Shown one piece after another: positions 28,395-37,611 of a stretch of 55,314 nucleotides of DNA (the first letter of the stretch is position 1; the number at the start of each line of letters is the position of its first letter). Position numbers and translations under genes: made by a program. Under the pieces are notes generated by a model. The model made no database searches. It had not been told where the DNA came from and saw nothing but the letters and a program-made list of their open reading frames with translations. The stretch comes from a virus: IMG/VR virus record IMGVR_UViG_3300045988_177721, positions 1-55,314 of that record; one strand, given 5' to 3'.

Positions 28395-28718
28395 TTGAGT
28401 AAAAACAATTTGAAATTATTAGAAAGAAATGATTTGGAAGTATTTATTAACAAATATGAATTTACCATTCATGACCAATATGTTATTGTTTCAGTAAAAA
28501 CATTTAATCGGCCAACATTACACGATAAAAGCAAATCTTTTTCAATTTCATGTAATAACCGAAAATTAATTATTACACCTGAAGCAATTAATTTATGGGA
28601 AAATCATTTTAGAGATAAGAACTTAATTGAAGTTCAAAATGCATTAAATACAATAATTTTAATGTATCAATCTCCAAATCCACAAGATGTCGAAAAAATT
28701 TTAAATAAAGAAATTTAA
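28395..28718 (+). CDS. Hypothetical protein (TTG start)
   Basis: 107-aa ORF with RBS AAAGGAGGAAA. The start codon is TTG. Confidence 0.5.
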   Translation: MSKNNLKLLERNDLEVFINKYEFTIHDQYVIVSVKTFNRPTLHDKSKSFSISCNNRKLIITPEAINLWENHFRDKNLIEVQNALNTIILMYQSPNPQDVEKILNKEI

Positions 28719-28739
28719 GAAAGGAAAAATTAAAAAATT

Positions 28740-29909
28740 ATGAAAAGAATTAAAATGATATTATATGGTGAACCTGGAGTTGGTAAATCCGTATTTGCAG
28801 TTAAATTTCCAAAACCATTCTTTATTTGTTCAGATAACAACTATGAATGGTTATTAGATTTTGGAGCTAAAGAAGAAGCTCATATAAAAGTTACATCATG
28901 GGCACAGGCTAAAAAAGTATTTAAAGAAGAGTATAACGACTATGAAACAATTGTCGTCGATTTAACTGAAGATTTATTTATGTGGTGTGAATTAGAATGG
29001 TGTAATAGAAATGGTGTAGAACATCCATCTGATTTAGGTTGGGGAAAAGGATATTCTGGTCCTCGAAATGAATTTTTCGTTGAAATTTCAAGATTATTAG
29101 CAAAAGATAAACATATCGTATTGTTAATGCATGGTGAAGTTATCACATTAAAGAATAAAAGAGGAGTTGAATATAATACATACCGACCAACTTCAAGAAT
29201 TCCAGATAAACTTTTAGACCAATTAGAAGGAAGAGTTAGATATTGTTTAAGAGCATATATTGATTCAAAAGAAGTTGACGGCAAATTAGTTAAAACTCGT
29301 TATTTATCTTTAGTACCTAAAGAAGATGAGTATGGTATAATTAGAGGAGTAAATGAAAATGAAATTCCTCAAACAATTCCTCTAGATTTTAATGTTTTTT
29401 GGAATACAGTAATTGGTTCTGAAAAACCAATAGAATTGAGTAAAGAAGTTAAAGAAGAAATTAAAAAAGAAGCTGAAGAAGTTGAAGAAGTTAAAGAAAA
29501 ACCCACTCGAATTAGAAGAAAAAAGGTAAATAATGAAGTTGGTGATGATGGTTTAACTGATGAACAACGAAATGAGTTTAAAGAACAAATGGAAAAAACT
29601 AATTCTGAAATTGAAAAAATAAGAGAAGAATTAAAATCTGAAACCATTGGTGAAAAAGAAATTAATGGAGAAGATGTAATTCAAGAAACAGTTGTTCAAG
29701 AAGAAAAACCATTATCTAAAGAAGAAAAATTAGCAGCATTAAAAGCTAAATTAAATAAAGTTAATCAAGAAGTTAAAGAAGAACCAAAACAAGAAATTAA
29801 AGAAGAAGTTAAAGCTGAAGTTAAAGAAGTTATTCAAGAAAATAAACCTTTAACAAGAGAAGAAAAGTTGGCTGCCTTAAAAGCTAAATTACAAAATATG
29901 AAACGTTAG
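28740..29909 (+). CDS. Sak4-like RecA-fold ATPase (phage recombination) with a K/E-rich repeat tail
   Basis: N-terminal MILYGEPGVGKSVFAV...PKPFFICSDNN...YETIVVD matches the Sak4/AAA_24 pattern. The C-terminus contains a duplicated PL(S/T)(K/R)EEKLAALKAKL segment. Confidence 0.7.
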   Translation: MKRIKMILYGEPGVGKSVFAVKFPKPFFICSDNNYEWLLDFGAKEEAHIKVTSWAQAKKVFKEEYNDYETIVVDLTEDLFMWCELEWCNRNGVEHPSDLGWGKGYSGPRNEFFVEISRLLAKDKHIVLLMHGEVITLKNKRGVEYNTYRPTSRIPDKLLDQLEGRVRYCLRAYIDSKEVDGKLVKTRYLSLVPKEDEYGIIRGVNENEIPQTIPLDFNVFWNTVIGSEKPIELSKEVKEEIKKEAEEVEEVKEKPTRIRRKKVNNEVGDDGLTDEQRNEFKEQMEKTNSEIEKIREELKSETIGEKEINGEDVIQETVVQEEKPLSKEEKLAALKAKLNKVNQEVKEEPKQEIKEEVKAEVKEVIQENKPLTREEKLAALKAKLQNMKR

Positions 29910-29923
29910 GAGAAAATTAAATT

Positions 29924-30475
29924 ATGAGTGATAAATTAACAAATGTATATGAAAGTGTAAATAGTATATTAGCAAAGGTAAATGTCAATAAGATTGACCC
30001 AAATTCATCTGATTTTGAAAGTTTACCTGAAGGATATTATTTATCAGAAGTTGTGAAAGCAGAATATGAAAACTTTCCAGACGGTTCAAAAGCTCCTCGA
30101 ATTAAATTACAATTAAAAGTAGTTGATGATGGTTTAAGAGTTGTTATAAATGAAAATGGAGATAGTACTTTAGAGCCAATTTCAAAATCTAAAGGAAGAA
30201 TGATTTTTAAATATTATAGATTAACAACTGTTGAAGAAGCTGAAAGATGCATAAAAGATTTATTAAAATTTGAAGGTGAAAATCCAGGAGAATCTTTACT
30301 TGAAAGAGACTATTTCACAAATGAAGATTTATTAGTAGAAGCATTAGAAATATTAGAAGGTTCTCAAATTTATGTTCAAAATACAATTACTAAGAAAAAA
30401 GATGGAGAAAGTTCTTCATGGATTAATTTACTTTCATGGGAAAGAGCTACAAAGTTAGGTTTAATTGACGAATAA
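29924..30475 (+). CDS. Hypothetical protein (candidate SSB or annealing partner by position)
   Basis: 183-aa ORF directly after the Sak4-like gene, with RBS AGGAGAAAA. No motif was verified. Confidence 0.5.
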   Translation: MSDKLTNVYESVNSILAKVNVNKIDPNSSDFESLPEGYYLSEVVKAEYENFPDGSKAPRIKLQLKVVDDGLRVVINENGDSTLEPISKSKGRMIFKYYRLTTVEEAERCIKDLLKFEGENPGESLLERDYFTNEDLLVEALEILEGSQIYVQNTITKKKDGESSSWINLLSWERATKLGLIDE

Positions 30476-30477
30476 AA

Positions 30478-31371
30478 ATGAATGCATTAGATACAATTAA
30501 TAATATCATAAATAATACTTATTTACCACTTGCAGATTTGAAGTATTGTTTAGTTAATAAAAATAAAATACCTTTTAAAATTAATGGTGAAAACGCAAAA
30601 CCAAATAATATAAATGATTTTGTTGATATTGACACATTATTAAATTGTAATAATTTGGAAGATTATTCAGGAGTAGGAATTTCAATTCAGGCTTCAAATA
30701 TTTCAGCAATAGACGTTGATAAATGTTTTAAAATTCCATTTGATATAAATTCAGCAGATGATAGAGCATTAGATATAATTCAACGGTTTTTTGATTATGC
30801 TTACATTGAATTTTCATTTTCAGGAAAAGGATTACGCGTTTTATTTAAACAAGAAATAATCGAAAATTATTCTAAAACATTTTATATTAAAAATGAATCA
30901 AATGGAATTGAATTTTATCAACCTTCTCAAAGTTATCGATATGTTACTATCACTGGAAGAGTAATTAATAATAAAGAAATAAATACAAATAAAGATTTTT
31001 CTCATATAATTTTAAAATTCTTAAATGATTATATGAAAAGACCAGAAAAAATTAAAAAAGAAATTATTGTTATAAAAGAAGATAATCGAAGTATTGAAGA
31101 AATAATGAAAAAAGTAAAATCAAAATTATTAATAGATTATATTTTTCAAGAAAAATGGTTTTCACATGCTCCTGGAAGTAATTCAAATGAAAGTGAAATT
31201 GATTATTTTATACTTTCATATTTGTTTGAAAATGTTGTTCAAGATAAAGAAAAATTAAGAATTGTTTTTGAAACTTCTCCTTATTTTAAAAGTAAAGATA
31301 AAAAACATTTAAACAAATGGATGTATAATGATTATCGATATTATAATTATATTTATGAAAGGTTAAAATAG
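30478..31371 (+). CDS. Archaeo-eukaryotic primase-type prim-pol domain protein
   Basis: YSGVGISIQASNISAIDVDKC and EFSFSGKGLRVLF...GIEFYQPSQSYRYVTITG fit the Prim-Pol N-terminal domain pattern (G..l.viDvD ... sGgG.Hl.F ... yvvaP). Confidence 0.5.
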   Translation: MNALDTINNIINNTYLPLADLKYCLVNKNKIPFKINGENAKPNNINDFVDIDTLLNCNNLEDYSGVGISIQASNISAIDVDKCFKIPFDINSADDRALDIIQRFFDYAYIEFSFSGKGLRVLFKQEIIENYSKTFYIKNESNGIEFYQPSQSYRYVTITGRVINNKEINTNKDFSHIILKFLNDYMKRPEKIKKEIIVIKEDNRSIEEIMKKVKSKLLIDYIFQEKWFSHAPGSNSNESEIDYFILSYLFENVVQDKEKLRIVFETSPYFKSKDKKHLNKWMYNDYRYYNYIYERLK

Positions 31372-31373
31372 AT

Positions 31374-32609
31374 ATGAAAAGTAAAACAATTACAACATTA
31401 GTTGTTGAAGGAACTGACGGTGTTGGAAAAACAACATTATATAAAAATTTATTAGATTATTATAACTATATGTATTGTGTATATGATAGAGGAGAATTAT
31501 CAAATATTGTATATGCTGAAAAATACAATCGTCCATTTTGTTCAACACAAAGAGGTTTACCTATATTATATATTTTATTAATTTGTAATAAATCTGAATT
31601 AAAAAGAAGAATTATAGAAAGAGCTGAAAATGAAAAATGGTTAGCAAAAGATGTTAATAGTGAATTAAATAAGATAAATGACCAAGATAACTTTATTAAA
31701 TATTATGATTCTTTTAAAAAGGATTATCATATAATTAAAATTGATTGCACAAATTTAAATGAAAAAGAATTATTAAAATTAGCAGTTAAAGAAATAAATA
31801 ATTATGTTAATAATTTATCTATTGACGATAACTTAAGTTCGTGGAATGAATTATACAAATCAGGATGTGAAAAATTAGGATTAAAATTTAAGTGTATAAA
31901 TAATCAACCTTATATTAATAATGTACCGATTATGGCAGAATGTAATTTACACAACGGTATGTATGAAATGTTTGATAATAAAACAATTCCTCATAATTTA
32001 ATATATTGCCAAGCATATACTCAAAAAGAATTTATGTTTGATTGCGATTTTTCAATAGTTGATTTTTATGATAGGAAAGAAGATTTTTCATATATTATTA
32101 ATTCAAAAATTTTTTCGAGACGCGAGTTGTTTGATTATTTTAAAAAATTTACTGAAAATAATATATCATGTATTACTGGAGATATTTTTATCGATAATCC
32201 ATTAATTAAACGCTCTCCTCGAGTTTTTGGTGATGATTATATTAAAAAAATAGGAGAAGCAAAAGCAACTGTTTATGTTGCTAGAGAATTAGCATATTTA
32301 AAATATACAACAACTAGATTATATGAAAGTATTTTAGCAAAGCAAATAATATTTGTTGATAAATTATCTGACCCTGAATGTATTATTTTAAATTCAATTT
32401 ATAAAAATTCAAAATATAAAAGTACTTTAATATCATTATTATATGTTGATGAAAATTCAATTTGTGATAATTATAAAATAATTCTTAATGATTATAATTT
32501 GGTTAATGAAATTATAATAAATCAATTTAATTATTATAACGAATTAAAAGCAAGTGTATTAACAAATAATTTATTTATTCAATTAGGAGATAAAAATGAA
32601 AGTAATTAA
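31374..32609 (+). CDS. Thymidylate-kinase-like dNMP kinase fused to a roughly 200-aa C-terminal domain of unknown function
   Basis: P-loop VVEGTDGVGKTTL (Tmk signature EG.DG.GKTT) and YDRGELSNIVY (the DRY/Ss region of Tmk). The 411-aa length is about twice that of a Tmk. Confidence 0.65.
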   Translation: MKSKTITTLVVEGTDGVGKTTLYKNLLDYYNYMYCVYDRGELSNIVYAEKYNRPFCSTQRGLPILYILLICNKSELKRRIIERAENEKWLAKDVNSELNKINDQDNFIKYYDSFKKDYHIIKIDCTNLNEKELLKLAVKEINNYVNNLSIDDNLSSWNELYKSGCEKLGLKFKCINNQPYINNVPIMAECNLHNGMYEMFDNKTIPHNLIYCQAYTQKEFMFDCDFSIVDFYDRKEDFSYIINSKIFSRRELFDYFKKFTENNISCITGDIFIDNPLIKRSPRVFGDDYIKKIGEAKATVYVARELAYLKYTTTRLYESILAKQIIFVDKLSDPECIILNSIYKNSKYKSTLISLLYVDENSICDNYKIILNDYNLVNEIIINQFNYYNELKASVLTNNLFIQLGDKNESN

Positions 32610-33345
32610 AGGAAATACAATAACAGATGTATATAAAGAATTAATAGATTATTTATTAAGTGAAAGTATTGAATGTAATAATGGAACAAAAGAAATTGAA
32701 AATGGTATTTTAGAAATATTAAATCCTTCATTAGAAAATATCAATTTTCCATATCGTCATATTTCGATAAAATATTCTGATGCTGAACTTGAATGGTATT
32801 GGAAAGCACATAATTCATGTGATGAAATAGGAAAATTTGCTAAAATGTGGTTAAATTTAACAGATGATGGAAAAACTAATAATTCTGCATATGGATATAT
32901 TTTATTCAAAAAATATAACTTTAATCAATTAGAGCAAATTATAGAATTATTAAAAAAAGATATTGACAGTAGAAGAGCAGTATTAAATATTTCTGACCCA
33001 ACAATTAATAGAATAACAACAAAAGATATGCAATGTACAATTGGACTTCAATTTTTAATTAGAAATAATAAATTAAATATGACAGTATATATGAGGAGTA
33101 ATGATGTATATTTTGGACTTCCATATGATTATATCTTCTTTGAGAGTATTCATCAATATATTTTTATGAGATTAAAAGAATGTTATTCTGAATTAAAATT
33201 AGGTTCTTATACACATGTTGCAACATCATTACATATGTATAATAGAGATGTAGAAAAATTTAAAACTCAAAAATCAAATTTTATTTCAATAGATATGGAT
33301 AAAATAAAAAAATATTATAAAGAAGGAGATTCTATAAAATGTTAA
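32596..33345 (+). CDS. Thymidylate-synthase-family pyrimidine C5-modifying enzyme with Asp at the ThyA Asn177 position (dCMP hydroxymethylase-like)
   Basis: It aligns to ThyA around the catalytic Cys: QCTIGLQFLIRNNKLNMTVYMRSNDVYFGLPYD versus [33 protein letters not shown], with Q, F, K, L, Y, R, S, D, V, G, L, P conserved at identical offsets. Upstream DSRRAVLNISDP matches ThyA DSRRIIVSAWNP, and AELEWYWKA matches ELLWFLKG. The residue 31 positions after the Cys is Asp rather than Asn. Confidence 0.7.
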   Translation: MKVIKGNTITDVYKELIDYLLSESIECNNGTKEIENGILEILNPSLENINFPYRHISIKYSDAELEWYWKAHNSCDEIGKFAKMWLNLTDDGKTNNSAYGYILFKKYNFNQLEQIIELLKKDIDSRRAVLNISDPTINRITTKDMQCTIGLQFLIRNNKLNMTVYMRSNDVYFGLPYDYIFFESIHQYIFMRLKECYSELKLGSYTHVATSLHMYNRDVEKFKTQKSNFISIDMDKIKKYYKEGDSIKC

Positions 33346-34133
33346 AATCTATAAGTTTTATTATACCTTGCGCAGGAAAAGGAAGTAGACTGTCAATTCC
33401 TTCAGCAAAAGAATTATTACCTGTTGATTATAACACAACACTAATTGATTGTGTATTTAATAATTTAAAAAATTATAAATATAAAGCTAATTTTATTTTT
33501 ATTATTTCAAAAGAAAAAACTGACTTAATAAAATATTTAAGTAAATATTCAGATAATTATGATATTTATTTCGTATATCAAAAATCAAATAAAAAAGATT
33601 TATTAGGTGCAATAGAATCTGCTGAAAATTTATTTAGTGAAAAAAATATATTAATATTACCTGATATATTATTATTAGATGATAGTATCTATTTAAAAAT
33701 AGATGATTACATTAAATTATTAGATAAAAATATTGATTTATCTATTTTAGATTATTGTGAGTTTAGTGATAGTAAAAAAGAAAAATTGGGAAATGTTAAA
33801 TATGATGAGAATGAAAACATATTAGGAATTATAGATAAACCAACAAATCATACAATACTACAAAATGAGAATTCATTTTGCTGGGTATCTTTAGGATTTA
33901 GAAGTGATAAAGTGTTTGAATTTTATAATATTTTTAAACAAATCCAAATAAAAGATAAATATGTTGATTTAGAAAAAAATAAAATTAATGCAAAATCTAT
34001 TCATATTCGTAATGCTATTGATTTAGGTGTATGGGATAATATAAGATTATTTCATTCACAATATGAATATTATATAAATCTAGAAAAAGTTTGTGGTCGA
34101 GATTATTTACATTTTAATAAAAAAGATATATAA
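33339..34133 (+). CDS. Sugar-phosphate nucleotidyltransferase-like protein (NTP_transferase fold)
   Basis: N-terminal IIPCAGKGSRLSIPSAKELLPV matches the G.G.RL....PK.LLPV signature of glucose-1-P nucleotidyltransferases. LLGAIESAEN and ILILPDILLLDD correspond to the GTA.A and GD..l motifs. Confidence 0.6.
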   Translation: MLKSISFIIPCAGKGSRLSIPSAKELLPVDYNTTLIDCVFNNLKNYKYKANFIFIISKEKTDLIKYLSKYSDNYDIYFVYQKSNKKDLLGAIESAENLFSEKNILILPDILLLDDSIYLKIDDYIKLLDKNIDLSILDYCEFSDSKKEKLGNVKYDENENILGIIDKPTNHTILQNENSFCWVSLGFRSDKVFEFYNIFKQIQIKDKYVDLEKNKINAKSIHIRNAIDLGVWDNIRLFHSQYEYYINLEKVCGRDYLHFNKKDI

Positions 34134-34156
34134 TTAATAAAAGGAGAAATGTTAAA

Positions 34157-34573
34157 ATGAAAATTAAGTTATTAGATAAAGGAAAATTTCCTACAAAATC
34201 TCATAAAGAAGATATAGGTTTAGATTTATATTTACCTGAAAAGATAATATTAACACCTTTTGAGACAAAAACAATAGGTTTAAAAATGTGTGTTGCAATT
34301 CCAGAAGGATTTGCAGGAATGATTGTTCCTAGAAGTTCAATTGCTAAAAAAGGATTAATTATGCAAACTCAAATTATCGACCCTGGTTATCAAGGAGAGA
34401 TTCATTTAATTGTTACGAATTGTTCAAATTCAATTCAAACATTTGATGAAAATGAAAGATTATGTTCACTTGTTGTTTATTCAATTTTAAATCCTTATCT
34501 TGAAGAGGTTAATGAATTCACAGAAATTTCAAGTAGAGGAAAAAATGGTTTAGGAAGTTCAGGAAAATATTAA
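34157..34573 (+). CDS. dut: dUTP diphosphatase (dUTPase)
   Basis: All trimeric dUTPase motifs are present: IGLDLY, VPRSS, IIDPGYQGE and C-terminal SRGKNGLGSSGKY. RBS AAAGGAGAAA. Confidence 0.85.
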   Translation: MKIKLLDKGKFPTKSHKEDIGLDLYLPEKIILTPFETKTIGLKMCVAIPEGFAGMIVPRSSIAKKGLIMQTQIIDPGYQGEIHLIVTNCSNSIQTFDENERLCSLVVYSILNPYLEEVNEFTEISSRGKNGLGSSGKY

Positions 34574-34574
34574 A

Positions 34575-36374
34575 ATGAATACTTTTAAAATTGTTATTTT
34601 TGATTTTGAAGTATTTAAGTATAATACTTTATTAGGAGCAATCGTAATTAATGATGGTGAAATTAACTTATTTCAATCATGGGATTTAGATGAAATTAAA
34701 AACTTTTACAAAGAACATATTAATGATATCTGGGTAGGTCATAATAATGAAAGATATGATAATTTTATATTACAATCTATTATTTGTAATATAAATCCAT
34801 ATATAACATCTAAAACAATAATTAATTCTGATGAATTCAAATATAAAAAATTAGGTATTCATTTATATTATTTTGATATTTTTTTAAATCATCCAGGTTC
34901 ATTAAAAGCAATAGAATGTGGAAATGGTAAAAACATTTCTGAAACAAATGTAGAGTTTGATATTAATAGAGAATTAACGATTGAAGAGAAAGAATTAACA
35001 GAATCATATAACTTTGATGATTTAGAGCAAACATTTGAAAATTTTTTAGAAATTTTTGAAGAGTTAAAATTAAGATTGTTAATGATTCAAGAATTTAATT
35101 TAGATATGACAGTATTACACTGCTCTGAAACTCAATGTGCTGAAAAAGTATTGAAATCAACAAAAATTGAAGGTATTGAAAATTGTTATGTTGCTCCTAA
35201 AATTTATCCTGATATGCAAGTAAAAAATCAAGATGTATTAAATTTTTATTTAAAAGAAAAATTTAGGATGGAAAATCAATCATTTATATTTGATTTATGT
35301 GGAGTACCACACAAATTAGCAAAAGGTGGTTTACATGGTGCTGAAAAGTTTTGTCATGTTGATTGGGCTTATTATTTTGACGTTTCAGGATATTATAATT
35401 TAATAATGATTTTAAAAGGATTATTACCTAGAACAATTCCTGATGAAGGTAAAAAATTATATGAATATATGTATCATAAACAATTAGAGTTAAAAATAAC
35501 AAATCCTATTATGAGACCTGTGTATAAAACAATTTTACTTGCAGTGTTTGGTTCAATGTTAAATAAATGGACTCAATTTTATGACCCTCAGCGCGGTACT
35601 TTAGTTACTATTTTAGGACAATTATACATTATTGATTTATTAGAGAAATTAGAAGGTAAAATAAGATTAATACAAACAAATACAGATGGTGTAATTGCGA
35701 AACCATTAAATGAAAAATATGAAAAAGAAATGATTGATATAATTAATGAATGGCAAAAAAGAACAGGATTTACATTAAAATTTGATAAAATATATGACAT
35801 TCATCAAAGAGATGTTAACAACTATATGTACAGAGATGAAAAAGGAAAAATTAATGTTCATGGAGAATTAGTTAAATATTATGATTCATGGGAGAAAGTT
35901 CTTCAAAAAGATGTATTCAATACAAAAGAACCTCCGATAATTCATCATGGAGTAGTTGAATTTTATATGAATAAAAAGTTACCAGAGCAAACTGTTGAAG
36001 AAAATAAAAATAATTTAAGAATGTTTCAATATTGTTGTCGAAAAAACTCATTTGATTGGTTAGAATATGAAGAAATTAATTTAGAAAATGGTGAAATAAA
36101 AACTATAAAACTTCAACACGTTAATAGAGCGTTTGCAATGAAATCTGATAAATACTTAGGAATGATTTACAAACGAAAATATGTAGGTAAAACAACAAAA
36201 GCTAAAGCTCAAAATTTACCTGATTCTGTTTTTGTTTATAATCATGAAATACTTTCTAAAGAAACAGTTAATAAATTAGTTAACGAAATTGATTATGATT
36301 ACTACGTTAAAAGAATATACGAAAGAATTAAAGAATTAATATATATTCCAATCATAAAGGATTTAAAGATATGA
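34575..36374 (+). CDS. Compact family-B DNA polymerase with N-terminal 3'-5' exonuclease (phi29-size)
   Basis: Exo I IFDFEV; Exo II GHNNERYDNFIL (compare phi29 HNLKFDGAFI); Exo III Y..D; motif A YYFDVSGYYN (Dx2SLYP-like); motif B K..L.AVFGSMLNK; motif C IQTNTDGVI. 599 aa. Confidence 0.6.
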   Translation: MNTFKIVIFDFEVFKYNTLLGAIVINDGEINLFQSWDLDEIKNFYKEHINDIWVGHNNERYDNFILQSIICNINPYITSKTIINSDEFKYKKLGIHLYYFDIFLNHPGSLKAIECGNGKNISETNVEFDINRELTIEEKELTESYNFDDLEQTFENFLEIFEELKLRLLMIQEFNLDMTVLHCSETQCAEKVLKSTKIEGIENCYVAPKIYPDMQVKNQDVLNFYLKEKFRMENQSFIFDLCGVPHKLAKGGLHGAEKFCHVDWAYYFDVSGYYNLIMILKGLLPRTIPDEGKKLYEYMYHKQLELKITNPIMRPVYKTILLAVFGSMLNKWTQFYDPQRGTLVTILGQLYIIDLLEKLEGKIRLIQTNTDGVIAKPLNEKYEKEMIDIINEWQKRTGFTLKFDKIYDIHQRDVNNYMYRDEKGKINVHGELVKYYDSWEKVLQKDVFNTKEPPIIHHGVVEFYMNKKLPEQTVEENKNNLRMFQYCCRKNSFDWLEYEEINLENGEIKTIKLQHVNRAFAMKSDKYLGMIYKRKYVGKTTKAKAQNLPDSVFVYNHEILSKETVNKLVNEIDYDYYVKRIYERIKELIYIPIIKDLKI

Positions 36375-37207
36375 ATAAAAGAATAGAAAATGAAATTAGA
36401 AAAATATATATCTCTGTTTTTAATAAAGTTTATAAAAATGTTAAAAAAGAAAAGATATTATATAGTAAAAATAAACAAGAGAGAATAGATGATATTATTT
36501 TAAGATTAGAAAATTCAAAAAAATATAAAGAGTTTGCTGAAAAATTTGCAAAAGAATTATCAAAAAGAGGTTTATCTCAACAAAGAGGTATATGGAGAAA
36601 ATTTTATGCAGCTGCAAAACAAAAGAAACATATTGTATTACCTTCAACCTATAAAGAATTTGAATTATTACAATTTAAAAAAGCAGTGTTACATAATCTA
36701 AAAATGATTAAATCAATTCCAGATGAAGTAAAAGAAGTATATAAATATAAATATACTAAAACATTAATAAATTCAGTAGTTTTAGGTAAAGTTGGAAGAA
36801 AAACTTTTGAAAAAGAACTTTTAGAATCTGGAGCAAAGAGAGCAAAATTAATTGCTCGAACCGAAACAGCTAAATTACAAACTGCTATATTAGAAAATCG
36901 TTCATCGGATTTAGGTTCAATAGCGTATATTTGGAAATCGTCAAATGACAGACGAACTAGACAATCACATAAAGAAATGAACAATGTTGTTGTATTTTGG
37001 AGAAAAAATTTAGAAAAACCTTTATTAGATGGAATGTATGGTAATGCAGGAGAATTTCCAAATTGTAGATGCACACCACTACCAATTTTTGATGAAAGTG
37101 ATTTAAGTAAAAATGTATATAAATTATATGATTATCGAAATCATACAATTGTAAGTGTAACAAAATTTGAATTATTACAATTCATGAATAATAAACAAAT
37201 ATTTTAA
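36371..37207 (+). CDS. Phage minor head protein, MuF / SPP1 gp7-like
   Basis: C-terminal GEFPNCRCTPLP (the NCRC motif of the Phage_Mu_F family). 278 aa. It sits upstream of the terminase. Confidence 0.55.
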   Translation: MNKRIENEIRKIYISVFNKVYKNVKKEKILYSKNKQERIDDIILRLENSKKYKEFAEKFAKELSKRGLSQQRGIWRKFYAAAKQKKHIVLPSTYKEFELLQFKKAVLHNLKMIKSIPDEVKEVYKYKYTKTLINSVVLGKVGRKTFEKELLESGAKRAKLIARTETAKLQTAILENRSSDLGSIAYIWKSSNDRRTRQSHKEMNNVVVFWRKNLEKPLLDGMYGNAGEFPNCRCTPLPIFDESDLSKNVYKLYDYRNHTIVSVTKFELLQFMNNKQIF

Positions 37208-37279
37208 AATATAAAGCTTAAAAACAATAGTTTTTTAAACTTTAAAAAATTATTTATATAAATATATAGGAGGAATAAT

Positions 37280-37609
37280 ATGAGTGAAAAAACATATATA
37301 AATAAATTAGAAGAAATGATTGAGTCTAGAGAAGAAGCAATCGAAAATTTAAGAAATGTTATTAACGACCAATTAGCGGTAATAGAGGTTTTAAGTAAAG
37401 ATGATGAAGGTAAAAAAAATAAAAGATTTACAAAATTAATAGATGAATTAAAAGAACAAACAAATGTTCTTGGAAAAAATATAGAGAAATTAACAACTAA
37501 AAACGTAAATACTACTAAATTAATTGAAATATTAAGAGATAATAAGGAATATGATAGAATTTGTACTTTAGTAATTGATGAACTTGAAATATTTAAAGAA
37601 GAAAATTAA
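37280..37609 (+). CDS. Small coiled-coil protein immediately upstream of TerL (candidate terminase small subunit)
   Basis: 109 aa with RBS AGGAGGAATAA. Its stop is 2 nt before the TerL start. Confidence 0.4.
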   Translation: MSEKTYINKLEEMIESREEAIENLRNVINDQLAVIEVLSKDDEGKKNKRFTKLIDELKEQTNVLGKNIEKLTTKNVNTTKLIEILRDNKEYDRICTLVIDELEIFKEEN

Positions 37610-37611
37610 AT

